Positions 1-9,774 of a stretch of DNA of 64,000 nt are shown piece by piece. The stretch spans positions 3,909-67,908 of the forward strand of contig JAJYDF010000017.1 in NCBI GenBank assembly GCA_021777765.1, given 5' to 3'. Positions within the stretch are counted from its first letter, which is position 1, and each line of letters begins with the position of its first letter. The DNA comes from Pseudomonadota bacterium (lineage in GTDB: Bacteria > Pseudomonadota > Gammaproteobacteria > DASZBR01). The position numbers and the translations under genes were made by a program. The notes beneath the pieces are model-generated. The model was given only the letters and a program-made list of their open reading frames with translations, ran no database searches and was not told where the DNA came from.

Positions 1-1905
1 GCAATTCCAGATTTAATTATGTTAAAAGTGCAAGAGGCATTGTTGGAATATTTAAAACAACATGTTGAGCTTGCAGAACAATTGCAAATTATTAAACAGT
101 GGCTTACTAATACCGAAAATGGCTTATCAATTTTTGGTACAGATCAAGCAGTTACTGAACAAAAAATAATCAATAGTGTTTTTATGAAATTAAAAGAGAA
201 AGGTTATAAGGATAATTCAGAAAAAATAGTTGAAAAAATCAAAAAACATTTTTCTGCAACGCCATTATTCCTACGTGAATTTGAAAATTTAGACAGTGAA
301 TTCCACGATACAATCTATGTTGTTTATCCTAAAATTAATTCACTCGAAGACCATATTAAATATTTTTGTAGAATGTCTATTGCAAAAAAATTTAATTGGC
401 TATCTGAATTATGTTCAGATGATGATTCTTATCAAGCGCTTATTGATAAATTAGTTAATCAAAGAATAGCATGGGATAATGAACGAATTAGTGAATCTAA
501 TTTTATATTATTATTTGATCACTTTAAAACAGATGAAACATTACTGAATAGATTTCTACAAAAAATAATAGATCATCCCAAACAAACTAAAGAAGTTAAA
601 TTATTAGCATTAATGCATTTTTTTACCAATAAGGTAAGCAATAAACGCACTGCTGAAGACATCATTACTGATATGTCGCATATAGGGACTGCTGAAGAGG
701 TCATGTGGTTATTATGCTATTTATATGCAAAAGCTCAGCGAAAATCAGAGCGAATGGCCCTACAAAAATTAATTATTTTGCTATACAAACAGGGTGTAAA
801 ATCTGAAAAATGCATACAAAATAATATATCAGCTGCACAATTAATAATGTCAACTGAATTTGATCGGGGTTCAACTGTTTACCAAATAATTCCAAATAAA
901 TATTTTAAAAATTTTGATTTAAATAAATACTGTCATTTCAGAGAATCTTTTGTCTTAATTGCAACAATCCCACTCTGTATGGTTTTAGGGTTGCCTTTAG
1001 GCATTATATTAGCAGGCGCATTTGGCGTAATTTCAATGTTAGCATTTGCATTAATACCTGTTATATTTCATAAAGAATTATTTGGTTTTTGTAAATCATT
1101 TGTATTGCGCACAAAATTATCAAAAAAAATAGATGACCCTGAGTTTGCTTGTCCTGATGTTACAAAAAGTCAATTTAAAAACTTCTTTGTACCTAAAACT
1201 GACAGGACATATCTCAAAGAGATGTTTTCACCATTTGCTAAAATATCAAAAATCTTTGAGTCAACTGCATTTCCCTATAATAGTAATCTAGATGATCAAA
1301 CTTTTGTAAAAGATATTTTACAACCTCTCGACGGTGTAAAACATATTATTAAAGGGCTCGTTAAAATACTAACTTCACCTTTTATTCCATTTAAAAAAGA
1401 GTGGCGGCCGCTTGATATTGCTACTAGAGTGGTTTCTGGTTTATCAACAATGGCATTAGGCGTTGCTGAATTAGCATTAACGCCATATACCTATTTAATT
1501 AAAATCCCTTGTCGTGTATACCAAACTATTGAAAAAAAATCGGCATTGCAAGGCGATTTAATGATTAAGGCCACACAACTGCAAGACGAGATATTAAGTT
1601 CTTCAACCATAAAACAATATCGACAATCATCTTCAATATCGGATAATGATTTTTCACTAAAACAACTCAATAATAATCTATTTAATAAAGCAGTATCACT
1701 TCATAACAGATATAAACAGTTTAAATTAAATGTACCGTTAGTCGACTCGCAATTTAAAAGAGACGAAAAAGAGCGCTGGCAAAATGTGAAAACGACTTTT
1801 TTTGCGCGGATTGTTAATCAAAAACCGGCTATAAATTATACTGAATTAAAAGTATTGAATGATTATGTTTCTTTATATACTAATCAATATCATAATCGAT
1901 TGTGA
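1..1905 (+). CDS. Large hypothetical membrane protein, effector-like; probably 5'-truncated by the window edge
   Basis: Frame is open from base 1 (GCA ATT CCA GAT TTA ATT ATG). Hydrophobic hairpin FVLIATIPLCMVLGLPLGIILAGAFGVISMLAFALIPVIF. No family motif recognised. Confidence 0.6.
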   Translation, partial: AIPDLIMLKVQEALLEYLKQHVELAEQLQIIKQWLTNTENGLSIFGTDQAVTEQKIINSVFMKLKEKGYKDNSEKIVEKIKKHFSATPLFLREFENLDSEFHDTIYVVYPKINSLEDHIKYFCRMSIAKKFNWLSELCSDDDSYQALIDKLVNQRIAWDNERISESNFILLFDHFKTDETLLNRFLQKIIDHPKQTKEVKLLALMHFFTNKVSNKRTAEDIITDMSHIGTAEEVMWLLCYLYAKAQRKSERMALQKLIILLYKQGVKSEKCIQNNISAAQLIMSTEFDRGSTVYQIIPNKYFKNFDLNKYCHFRESFVLIATIPLCMVLGLPLGIILAGAFGVISMLAFALIPVIFHKELFGFCKSFVLRTKLSKKIDDPEFACPDVTKSQFKNFFVPKTDRTYLKEMFSPFAKISKIFESTAFPYNSNLDDQTFVKDILQPLDGVKHIIKGLVKILTSPFIPFKKEWRPLDIATRVVSGLSTMALGVAELALTPYTYLIKIPCRVYQTIEKKSALQGDLMIKATQLQDEILSSSTIKQYRQSSSISDNDFSLKQLNNNLFNKAVSLHNRYKQFKLNVPLVDSQFKRDEKERWQNVKTTFFARIVNQKPAINYTELKVLNDYVSLYTNQYHNRL

Positions 1906-1939
1906 CCCGGACACGTCGTTGCGCTCCTGTCCGGGCTAC
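1906..1939 (-). repeat. GTAG-type REP palindrome (family E), single unit
   Basis: CCCGGACACGTCGTTGCGCTCCTGTCCGGGCTAC; near-identical to the right arm at 14456-14489. Confidence 0.75.
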
Positions 1940-1971
1940 TTTTTGATAATTACTATTAATGTGAACAGAGA

Positions 1972-2484
1972 TTATAGTGTCATTCGCCCTGATTCTATCC
2001 AATCAATTTTGTTTGAAGGATAATCAATTAATGGTGTTTTGGCGTTATCAGAAATATTGATTTGTACAGAATTATTGGTCCCATAATTATGAAATATTTT
2101 ATTATTGCTTATTTGTGACATATCATGGTTTGGCGTCAAAAAATTATCGCATTTATTGATACAGAGCATAAACCTGAATAACAATATTAACATCATAAGT
2201 GATACTGCAATAGTTAATCCCAATAGATTAGAGTTCCCTTCATTATTTGGCATTTGAGTGTAATTAGAAATAGCTGTTGATTGAGATGTTATATCTTTAT
2301 TATTAATCATATCCGATTGTGCAGATACTAATGGCAGGGTAGATATTACAGCCATCTTAAACAAAAATAATAACATTCTAGACAGATGCTCTTTTTGAAA
2401 ATGTGAATATCTTAAAGAGTTGTGACTAAATAAAGTGCTCTGTGAATTTAAATTAAAATGGGGTGTTGTTAATTGTTTTGGCAT
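1972..2484 (-). CDS. Hypothetical protein with two hydrophobic segments
   Basis: 170 aa ORF, GAGG RBS upstream, two TM-like stretches. Confidence 0.55.
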   Translation of the reverse strand: MPKQLTTPHFNLNSQSTLFSHNSLRYSHFQKEHLSRMLLFLFKMAVISTLPLVSAQSDMINNKDITSQSTAISNYTQMPNNEGNSNLLGLTIAVSLMMLILLFRFMLCINKCDNFLTPNHDMSQISNNKIFHNYGTNNSVQINISDNAKTPLIDYPSNKIDWIESGRMTL

Positions 2485-2589
2485 GATTGACCTCTTGTTT
2501 TTATTATTATTATGAGAAGAGCGGAATTATAGGGTAGCAATTTTTATAATGCAATGAGCACTTTATGATTTTGTTAAGTAAATTTATTT

Positions 2590-3531
2590 TTAGGTCGATA
2601 AAGTTGCAATATGTGCTGTCACTGTTTTACCAATGGTTCCTAAATTATATCCACCTTCTAAAAAGGAAATCACTTTATTATTTGCATATTGCTTTGCTAT
2701 TTGCGTCACTTCTTGTGTCATTTCTATATAATCTTGATCGGTTAAGTTTAAGTTAGCCAGTGGATCAAATTTTCTCGCATCAAATCCTGCGGAAATTAAT
2801 ATTAATTCAGGATGAAATTTTTGCAAAATCGTATTTAAACCTGTGCTAAAAGCCGCGCGATGTTGTTCAGCTGTTGTGCCTGATGATAATGGAATATTGA
2901 GGGTAGTGCCGATGCCTGATCCATTCCCTGTTTCATCTGCTGCTCCAGTACCTGGATAAAAGGGATATTGATGGGTAGAAAAATAAAATACAGTGGGGTC
3001 ATCATAAAAAATATCTTGCGTACCATTGCCGTGGTGTACATCCCAGTCAATGATTAATATTTTTGTAATATGGTATTTAGCTTGTGCATATCGGGCTGCA
3101 ATGGCAATGTTATTGAATAAACAAAAACCCATGGCTTGATTAATAGTGGCATGATGGCCAGGAGGTCTTACTAATGCAAATGCATTAGTGATGTGTTGAG
3201 AAAATAATTGATCAACGGCAGTGATGCCGGCACCTGCTGCTAACAAAGCAATATCAAATGATTTTGGGCAGACAACAGTATCAGCATCAATATAATAATG
3301 CGGCCCTTGTTCGCAACATTTTTTAATATGGTCAATTAATTGTTGGGTGTGACAGTGCAGGATATCATTCATTGTTGCAGGTATAGGCGATACATGTTTC
3401 AATGCCTGCCATAATTTTGGGGTGGATAGCAATTCATTCATTATTGCTCGCAAGCGATTAGGATTTTCAGGATGTTGTGGGCCTGTGTCATGATAGAGAA
3501 ATTGTGGATCATAAATGAGTGCGGTTGTCAT
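2590..3531 (-). CDS. Zn-dependent histone deacetylase family protein (HDAC/AcuC/APAH-like)
   Basis: Motifs HPENPNRL, RPPGHHA, GFCLFNN, DWDVHHGNGTQ, SAGFD, LEGGY. Confidence 0.93.
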   Translation of the reverse strand: MTTALIYDPQFLYHDTGPQHPENPNRLRAIMNELLSTPKLWQALKHVSPIPATMNDILHCHTQQLIDHIKKCCEQGPHYYIDADTVVCPKSFDIALLAAGAGITAVDQLFSQHITNAFALVRPPGHHATINQAMGFCLFNNIAIAARYAQAKYHITKILIIDWDVHHGNGTQDIFYDDPTVFYFSTHQYPFYPGTGAADETGNGSGIGTTLNIPLSSGTTAEQHRAAFSTGLNTILQKFHPELILISAGFDARKFDPLANLNLTDQDYIEMTQEVTQIAKQYANNKVISFLEGGYNLGTIGKTVTAHIATLST

Positions 3532-3589
3532 AAATGGTGCCTTTAAATTAAGAATTAATTTACGTTACTAATATAAAATTATATACCTT

Positions 3590-3624
3590 TTTTTCATTCT
3601 CCCGCTTGCGGGAGAATGAAAAAA
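3590..3624. repeat. Solo BoxC-like hairpin (family A)
   Basis: TTTTCATTCTCCCGC-TT-GCGGGAGAATGAAAA; the same core recurs near 22118, 30025, 32833, 41495 and 54597. Confidence 0.75.
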
Positions 3625-3645
3625 ATATTGTTCTGGAGTAAATCA

Positions 3646-4176
3646 ATGGCAATAAAGAGCTCGCTTGGTGTAATGGTTATTATATTATTATTGTCTTCTG
3701 CATCTTGGCATTATCTGAATACTGCAAATAAAAATACTAATCAACCCCAATTTACACAAGGGTTTTTAAAAGGAGTTGCCATTCCACAAAATAAATATTT
3801 AAAAGCAGATATTGTCATCAATAATTATCATTTACAAACAGATATTGCTGGCACGTCACAACAACAGCAAACCGGCTTAGCAATCAAATCACAATTGAAT
3901 GAAAATCAAGCCATGTTATTTCCATTTGCGGATGAAAGTTACCAGGCATTCTGGATGAAAGATATGAAATTTCCTATCGATATTATGTGGGTAGATAAAA
4001 ATAATACCATTGTTTATGTACAACCTCATTTGCCACCTTGTGCCACTGTTCTAAATTGTCCGATATATCAACCGGATGTGAAAGTCATTTACGTATTAGA
4101 GGTCGTTTCAGGGTTTGCTCAACAACATCATGTAGTGGTGGGGCAAACAAAAATGTATGCAAAATTAGTCAATTAA
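3646..4176 (+). CDS. DUF192 family exported protein
   Basis: GL..MLFPF..FWMKDMKFPIDIMW..YVLEV motifs; N-terminal TM/signal; GGAG RBS favours ATG 3646 over 3616. Confidence 0.85.
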   Translation: MAIKSSLGVMVIILLLSSASWHYLNTANKNTNQPQFTQGFLKGVAIPQNKYLKADIVINNYHLQTDIAGTSQQQQTGLAIKSQLNENQAMLFPFADESYQAFWMKDMKFPIDIMWVDKNNTIVYVQPHLPPCATVLNCPIYQPDVKVIYVLEVVSGFAQQHHVVVGQTKMYAKLVN

Positions 4177-4328
4177 ATGATATAGTTTATTTGTTATGGA
4201 TTCACGTTATTTTTACACGATGATTGTATAAACAGAAATTTAATGAAATCAATTTCAAAATTATTGAAGCTAATAATATTGAGTATGATTTATTAACTTA
4301 AAACATAAATAACATAAAGGAAATTAAG

Positions 4329-5354
4329 ATGCCTATTTTTAATGCTCTTACTAAACAACAGGATATAGACGCCGCTAAAGATCCCAAGCATACAGAATTA
4401 TTGATACAAGATAATGTTAAGCGAAATATTATTGATCAAATTCCTGTTAATATTCATACGCTTCATATTTATTGTACATTGGATCACGATATTATACGTC
4501 ATCTCAGTGGTGATCAATTTTCTCATATTACGAAATTTATTATTTACCCTAATAGCACGTCAGAAAATATTGCCGCTGTTATAAGATTAATTCCTGCAAG
4601 AATTAAAAATATACAAATTGCTTTTGGTGGTATGGGCCCTAAACATTGGGACAATAGTATTTTAACTGCGTTAAAAGAGCGTGGTCTTAACCCTAACGAG
4701 GCTGTGGACTATAAAATTAAAACCGTTGTTCAAAATGGTAAAGATCAAAAGTGTAATAAAACTAGAAATGGTAGACACTTGCGACAGAATAATTCAAGCA
4801 ACACAGGTAAGGCGCAACAGAGAGTATTATCACATCAGGCTGATAATAGAGCGCCTAATTCACTTGTTCCAACTATTCATATACTACAAACTGAAACAAT
4901 TCCGTTAACAGTTCAAAAAGGAGCTCAAGTATTTTCTGTGCCACCATTGTCATCGCAACGATTTACATTTTTTAGTTCACCCTCTGAAACAACCACTTAT
5001 AATCCCGATGCGTATTTTTCACATCAAAATACAGAGCAACAGCAAGCACCTCGTGAAATAACATTAAATACCATTAATTCATCTGCAAAAACATTAACTT
5101 TTGATTTACTCACAGCTAAAGATATGGAAGCAGCGGTAGCTATGGTGCCCGATGAAATATCAGAATCTTCATCCTATGAGATGGAAATAGATGAAAATAA
5201 ATTGCCATTTCAAGTTCTTGATTTCTCATCAGCTTCATCATCGCAATCAACTACAACTTATATACCGAGAGGTGGAATTTCAATTGCAGAGATAATGAAT
5301 CCACCATCACCTGCAGATCAAGCTGAGAATAATGTGAGAAGTATGCGGCTTTAA
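4329..5354 (+). CDS. Hypothetical effector-like protein with low-complexity Ser/Gln/Thr C-terminal half
   Basis: 341 aa ORF with AAGG RBS; ends ...ADQAENNVRSMRL. Confidence 0.55.
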   Translation: MPIFNALTKQQDIDAAKDPKHTELLIQDNVKRNIIDQIPVNIHTLHIYCTLDHDIIRHLSGDQFSHITKFIIYPNSTSENIAAVIRLIPARIKNIQIAFGGMGPKHWDNSILTALKERGLNPNEAVDYKIKTVVQNGKDQKCNKTRNGRHLRQNNSSNTGKAQQRVLSHQADNRAPNSLVPTIHILQTETIPLTVQKGAQVFSVPPLSSQRFTFFSSPSETTTYNPDAYFSHQNTEQQQAPREITLNTINSSAKTLTFDLLTAKDMEAAVAMVPDEISESSSYEMEIDENKLPFQVLDFSSASSSQSTTTYIPRGGISIAEIMNPPSPADQAENNVRSMRL

Positions 5355-5411
5355 TACGTTTTAAAATAAATCAAATTATCTATGTATTACAAAACTTCTG
5401 AGTTTAGGTGC

Positions 5412-5571
5412 GTTTTATTAATTCTGTCAGATAGTTTTTGCCCTCACCCTAACCCTCTCCCTAAAGGGAGAGGGGATTAAAACAGTAGTAGTAGATGGCA
5501 CGGATAGTCCCCTCTCCCTTTAGGGAGAGGGTTAGGGCGAGGGACTTTTAAAACTGACAAATTAATGAAAC
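5412..5571. repeat. BoxC-like inverted pair (family A') with extended outer arms
   Basis: CCCTCACCCTAACCCTCTCCCTAAAGGGAGAGGGGA ... TCCCCTCTCCCTTTAGGGAGAGGGTTAGGGCGAGGG (5441-5543), plus outer IR GTTTTATTAATTCTGTCAG/CTGACAAATTAATGAAAC; between convergent genes. Confidence 0.85.
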
Positions 5572-5636
5572 ACAGTAGTGCACAACAATAAGTGTAAATA
5601 ATATTCACATATTATCCCCAATATACTTACTTTATG

Positions 5637-8600
5637 TCATGGTTTTACTGAACATATCTGAACATCATTTTGTTCAGTTGGCGTCGAGGAAATATGATCA
5701 GCAGTGATAACCGATAAGGTATTTATTTTGCTTTCTGTTGTTACCTCTACTAAAGAAATTTGCGGTATTAAATTAAATTTAGTAGCAATATCTTGTACAT
5801 ATGCCCACCATAAAATGAGTTGATCAGGTTTTTCTGGTGCAAACAGGTGAGCATTATTACCTAAATATTCTGCTAAATGTAAACAGGAAGTGATAAAGTA
5901 TCTTCTGTAATCGTTAGTGATTTCTTGCGCATAGATAACAGTATCAAAATATTTTCTTAAATAGGATGTGAGAACTTCAAATCTTTGGTTCAATATAAAC
6001 AGCAATGTTTCATACATGGTTACACTATTAAATTGCCCAAGTAATGTATGTATATCTTTTAATTCCTGAATAATTTCAGCAAGTCTGGTTAAATTTGGTA
6101 ATGATTCTTTGATAGAATTATTTAATTGCTTAATTTTATCCTTAAGATCGTCTTCTATATATCTTAAGGTGGGTACACTCAGCGTTTTTCTGTTATATAA
6201 TTCAAAATTACGTTCTAAAATATATTCCCGTATTTTTTTAGGCAATAGTATTTGTCTAAAGTAATGCAATTGAAATAGCTCTTTATCTTTATCAAATGCA
6301 ATTTCATCAATAATTTTATCAATAATATTTTTGAATATTAATAAATGACGACGAACTTCCATATTTGATAATAAGAGACCAGGTTGCATTTTTAAGATGG
6401 AACTGATGAATGCCGTTAAGTTATAGGTATTCATCCCATAGTTGCAGGATTTATAAATACGTGACAAATCTCTGTTGTGTATTTCAGCATATTTATTGGA
6501 TACAAGATCAATGGCAATAGAAATATCTGTCCAATGAGAAGAAGCTAATTTCATTTCTAAAGTTTGTAATGCGTTTTCTATTTTAAGTATTTCAATGGTA
6601 TTGCTAGCTGCAATCAATCGATTTTCAAGAATAATTGTATGATCGGAATAGCTTTTAATTTGAAAATTTACCAAATTTATATAGTCTGATAACAATTTAA
6701 TTAAACTTTGGTGTTGTGCGGTAACTAATACACTCTGCATCTCAACATAATTAAATAATTTATCAGCTAAATCATATAGACCTAATGATACCAATCCAGA
6801 AAAAATCTTTTCAATTAAAATTAACGTTTCGTCGTTAATGGTGGTTGTGTTAATAAACTGTTGTTCTATAGAAAGTATTAATTGTGTTATATCATTGTGA
6901 TCTTCAATACTGTTCACCAATTGTAAATGATCATCATCACCATAAATCTTTGATAAAAGATTTTTTAATAATTCAGTGATACTCAGTGAATTATAATGTC
7001 TTGATATGAGGCTATTGTCTTTATCGCAATCCATTGCAGCAATGATTGAAAGAGCATTATTTGTTGCAATATAATTAGGGTCAATCAAAATGTGACATAG
7101 TAATGGTGTTTGAATTCTTAATATAAGCGTAGCCTCAACACTTGCTGTTATACGGTTTTTTAATAAATTGAGATTTAACGGCTTATCAATAATTGCTCGA
7201 CGAAAAAAAGTAACTTCTTGAGCTTTAGTGAATAAATTATTAAGTAATCTTAGTTGAGTAGAGAAGTGTTGTTTTGAGGATCTTATTTTAAGAAGGTTAT
7301 TATGGTATAAGGATTGTGTTTGTGTTGAAGATGTCGCTTTAAATAAAGTGATATCACGAATATGTTGTGTAATTTTTAACCCAATATTAAACAATGCTAT
7401 TTTAATATTGGTATTAATGGATTTATCTTTTGCTAGTTCGTGAATAAGGGTTATATCGGCACTATAAACTACAGTAAACATTCCAAATTCATTCGGTAAT
7501 GCTTCCGTAATAATTTTAACATATTCCATGCCAAAATTGATTACTGTATTTGAAATGTTCCCGTCATATAAAATGTCATCGAAATAACCAGATAGTGCTG
7601 TTATATATGTGCTAATAGTTTTAACTGTTTGATAAACATTTTGTCGTTCAGTATTGCGTATATACTCAAAACAGATAACGCTTTGATCTAATATGAGATT
7701 AAATATATTCAATGTAATTTGTTGTTGTAACAAACTATATTCATTATTCATTTGATTAATAGCTGGCAAATTGATTAAAGGGGAGTTGGCATAAGTGATA
7801 AATGTGTTTAATTGTAATTCCAAAAATGTTAGTAAAATGCAATTTAAATTTACAAAGCGTAGTGTTGTGCGTTGATTGTGCGGAAATAAATCTAATTGTG
7901 ATTTAAAGTTATTAATAAGATAATTTGACAATGATAAGTAAAAAGACAGATTATTGGTTGTTTCTGCATTCGTTAAGAGGTATTCAGAAAAATATACAAG
8001 GTTTTGTAGGTCAGACTGCCTTAAAGTTTGCATGTTAATTTGCTCGAAAATGATTTTTAAAGATTGATCACAAATGTTTTTGCTCTGTTGTAAAGCCTGA
8101 TTTTTGTCTATGTTGGCATAGGTAACTAATAGATCACGTAAGCTTTCCTTTCGATAAAACAGCAGAATTTTATAAATATTTATTTTTGAAGAGGACAGCT
8201 TAGTATATTTGATTAGTAAAAGATCCAGTTCTTCTATTATCCTCGGCAATAATTTTGGATGTTTGCCCATGATTTCTATAATTTTTATCGGTATTTCATG
8301 CGATTTCTCATAGACTAAATTGGCTTTTAATTCTACAAATAACAAATCCAATTGTTCTGACGGCTCATTTTGATTGATAAGCTGTGTGCAATAACTCATC
8401 CAACGCTCATACTGTTTGAATGGGATAATTGTTCTAAGGTTATTTGACTCTAATTTGTTTGAGAGTATCTGACAAACAATTCCAAGAGAGTATCGATTTG
8501 TGGTGGGGACTTTTGAATGAAACAATTCAGCAGTGGTTTGATTAAATTGATCGTCATTGCTCATGAATAGCGTATTATCAACCAGAAGCTCAAGCGCCTC

Positions 8601-9026
8601 GCTAGTTTGTTTCATCTTATGAAAATAGTGATTTGATTTTCCTATGTTGGCAGAGATGTTTTCAGTGTAACCAAGACGCAGAACTAAGCATTTTATTTGA
8701 TCTGAGCAATCCATCGTTTTATCAATAATTGATTTGAATATCACAAAATTGTGATAATTATTGAGTTCTTCTTCAGTGAGTAATTCATCAATTAACTCCA
8801 AAAATAATAAATTATACTGTTCAAAACAGGATTTACTTGAAAAAATAGTGTTGGTTAAATACTTTAAAATATATTCTATATAAAGCTTTTTATTTATCTT
8901 CATGTGATTTATGAAGTCTGTTTTTTGCAATCTATATATTCTTATTACTTTATCTGTACAAATTTTTGGTGAGATCATTAATGGCAGTAATGCTTCTGTG
9001 ACCTTATCTGTTTTATGCTTTATCAC
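5637..9026 (-). CDS. Very large alpha-helical hypothetical protein (probably the C-terminal part of a frameshifted ~1300 aa gene)
   Basis: 1129 aa ORF, very AT-rich; frame stays open 13 codons upstream of the GTG, overlapping the 9013-9534 ORF. Confidence 0.6.
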   Translation of the reverse strand: MIKHKTDKVTEALLPLMISPKICTDKVIRIYRLQKTDFINHMKINKKLYIEYILKYLTNTIFSSKSCFEQYNLLFLELIDELLTEEELNNYHNFVIFKSIIDKTMDCSDQIKCLVLRLGYTENISANIGKSNHYFHKMKQTSEALELLVDNTLFMSNDDQFNQTTAELFHSKVPTTNRYSLGIVCQILSNKLESNNLRTIIPFKQYERWMSYCTQLINQNEPSEQLDLLFVELKANLVYEKSHEIPIKIIEIMGKHPKLLPRIIEELDLLLIKYTKLSSSKINIYKILLFYRKESLRDLLVTYANIDKNQALQQSKNICDQSLKIIFEQINMQTLRQSDLQNLVYFSEYLLTNAETTNNLSFYLSLSNYLINNFKSQLDLFPHNQRTTLRFVNLNCILLTFLELQLNTFITYANSPLINLPAINQMNNEYSLLQQQITLNIFNLILDQSVICFEYIRNTERQNVYQTVKTISTYITALSGYFDDILYDGNISNTVINFGMEYVKIITEALPNEFGMFTVVYSADITLIHELAKDKSINTNIKIALFNIGLKITQHIRDITLFKATSSTQTQSLYHNNLLKIRSSKQHFSTQLRLLNNLFTKAQEVTFFRRAIIDKPLNLNLLKNRITASVEATLILRIQTPLLCHILIDPNYIATNNALSIIAAMDCDKDNSLISRHYNSLSITELLKNLLSKIYGDDDHLQLVNSIEDHNDITQLILSIEQQFINTTTINDETLILIEKIFSGLVSLGLYDLADKLFNYVEMQSVLVTAQHQSLIKLLSDYINLVNFQIKSYSDHTIILENRLIAASNTIEILKIENALQTLEMKLASSHWTDISIAIDLVSNKYAEIHNRDLSRIYKSCNYGMNTYNLTAFISSILKMQPGLLLSNMEVRRHLLIFKNIIDKIIDEIAFDKDKELFQLHYFRQILLPKKIREYILERNFELYNRKTLSVPTLRYIEDDLKDKIKQLNNSIKESLPNLTRLAEIIQELKDIHTLLGQFNSVTMYETLLFILNQRFEVLTSYLRKYFDTVIYAQEITNDYRRYFITSCLHLAEYLGNNAHLFAPEKPDQLILWWAYVQDIATKFNLIPQISLVEVTTESKINTLSVITADHISSTPTEQNDVQICSVKP

Positions 9027-9534
9027 GTCGTGTAGACAATCTTCTAGAACTGAATGATTCGAAGCCTATAACACTATATAATGTCTTTATAATAAAGATA
9101 TAATTGTTTTGATCGGTATATTTTACAAATTGATCGATTCCTATTGTTTTTATCAGTAAAGAAATACTATTTGAATCAATATTTTTCGATGTCACTAAAT
9201 GAGTGAATAAATAATGTGTAATGGGAGGATATTTAATTAATTGAATAATAACCTCTAAGTCTTTGGCGTATAATTTTATGGTAGGATTTTCATAACATAT
9301 ATCAGCCAAGATATGTAATATCATTCTAGCGATAACATGGTCTGTAAAGAAAGTGGGTAATTGATTAATCAATTGTACAATTGAACCTAATGGTAATTTA
9401 CAGAGATATTCATATAATGGGATATCACCTACAATCATTTCATCTGGATGGTGTGCATGTTGCAGACAGGTTAGGACTTCATGGCAATTATTATTTTGTA
9501 TAGCAAGTATTAATTTTATATGAGTGTTAGACAT
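9013..9534 (-). CDS. Hypothetical protein (probably the N-terminal part of the same gene)
   Basis: 173 aa ORF, same strand and composition as 5637-9026, overlapping it. Confidence 0.5.
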   Translation of the reverse strand: MSNTHIKLILAIQNNNCHEVLTCLQHAHHPDEMIVGDIPLYEYLCKLPLGSIVQLINQLPTFFTDHVIARMILHILADICYENPTIKLYAKDLEVIIQLIKYPPITHYLFTHLVTSKNIDSNSISLLIKTIGIDQFVKYTDQNNYIFIIKTLYSVIGFESFSSRRLSTRRDKA

Positions 9535-9604
9535 TTTTTTCCATTCATTAATTGAATTTATTTTAGGTTGTTACGATAAAAATAGGATTAAATTATTTAC
9601 TTTG

Positions 9605-9683
9605 ACGGTTGGATAAGATCAGAGGTCTTTATCCACCGTAAGATGAGTTAGTAGATAACGGCCTGCAGCCGAATCCACCCTAC
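9605..9683. repeat. Degenerate GTAG-type REP doublet
   Basis: Hairpin ACGGTTGGATAA..TTATCCACCGT, then minus-strand GTAGGGTGGATTCGGCTGCAGGCCGTTATCTAC. Confidence 0.55.
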
Positions 9684-9774
9684 GTTTTAATAATACAAAT
9701 AAGAGATATTAATGAAACGAGTTATATAGAGAGCTTTATAAAAACAAATAGAAGGGTAATATCTTATCATATTA

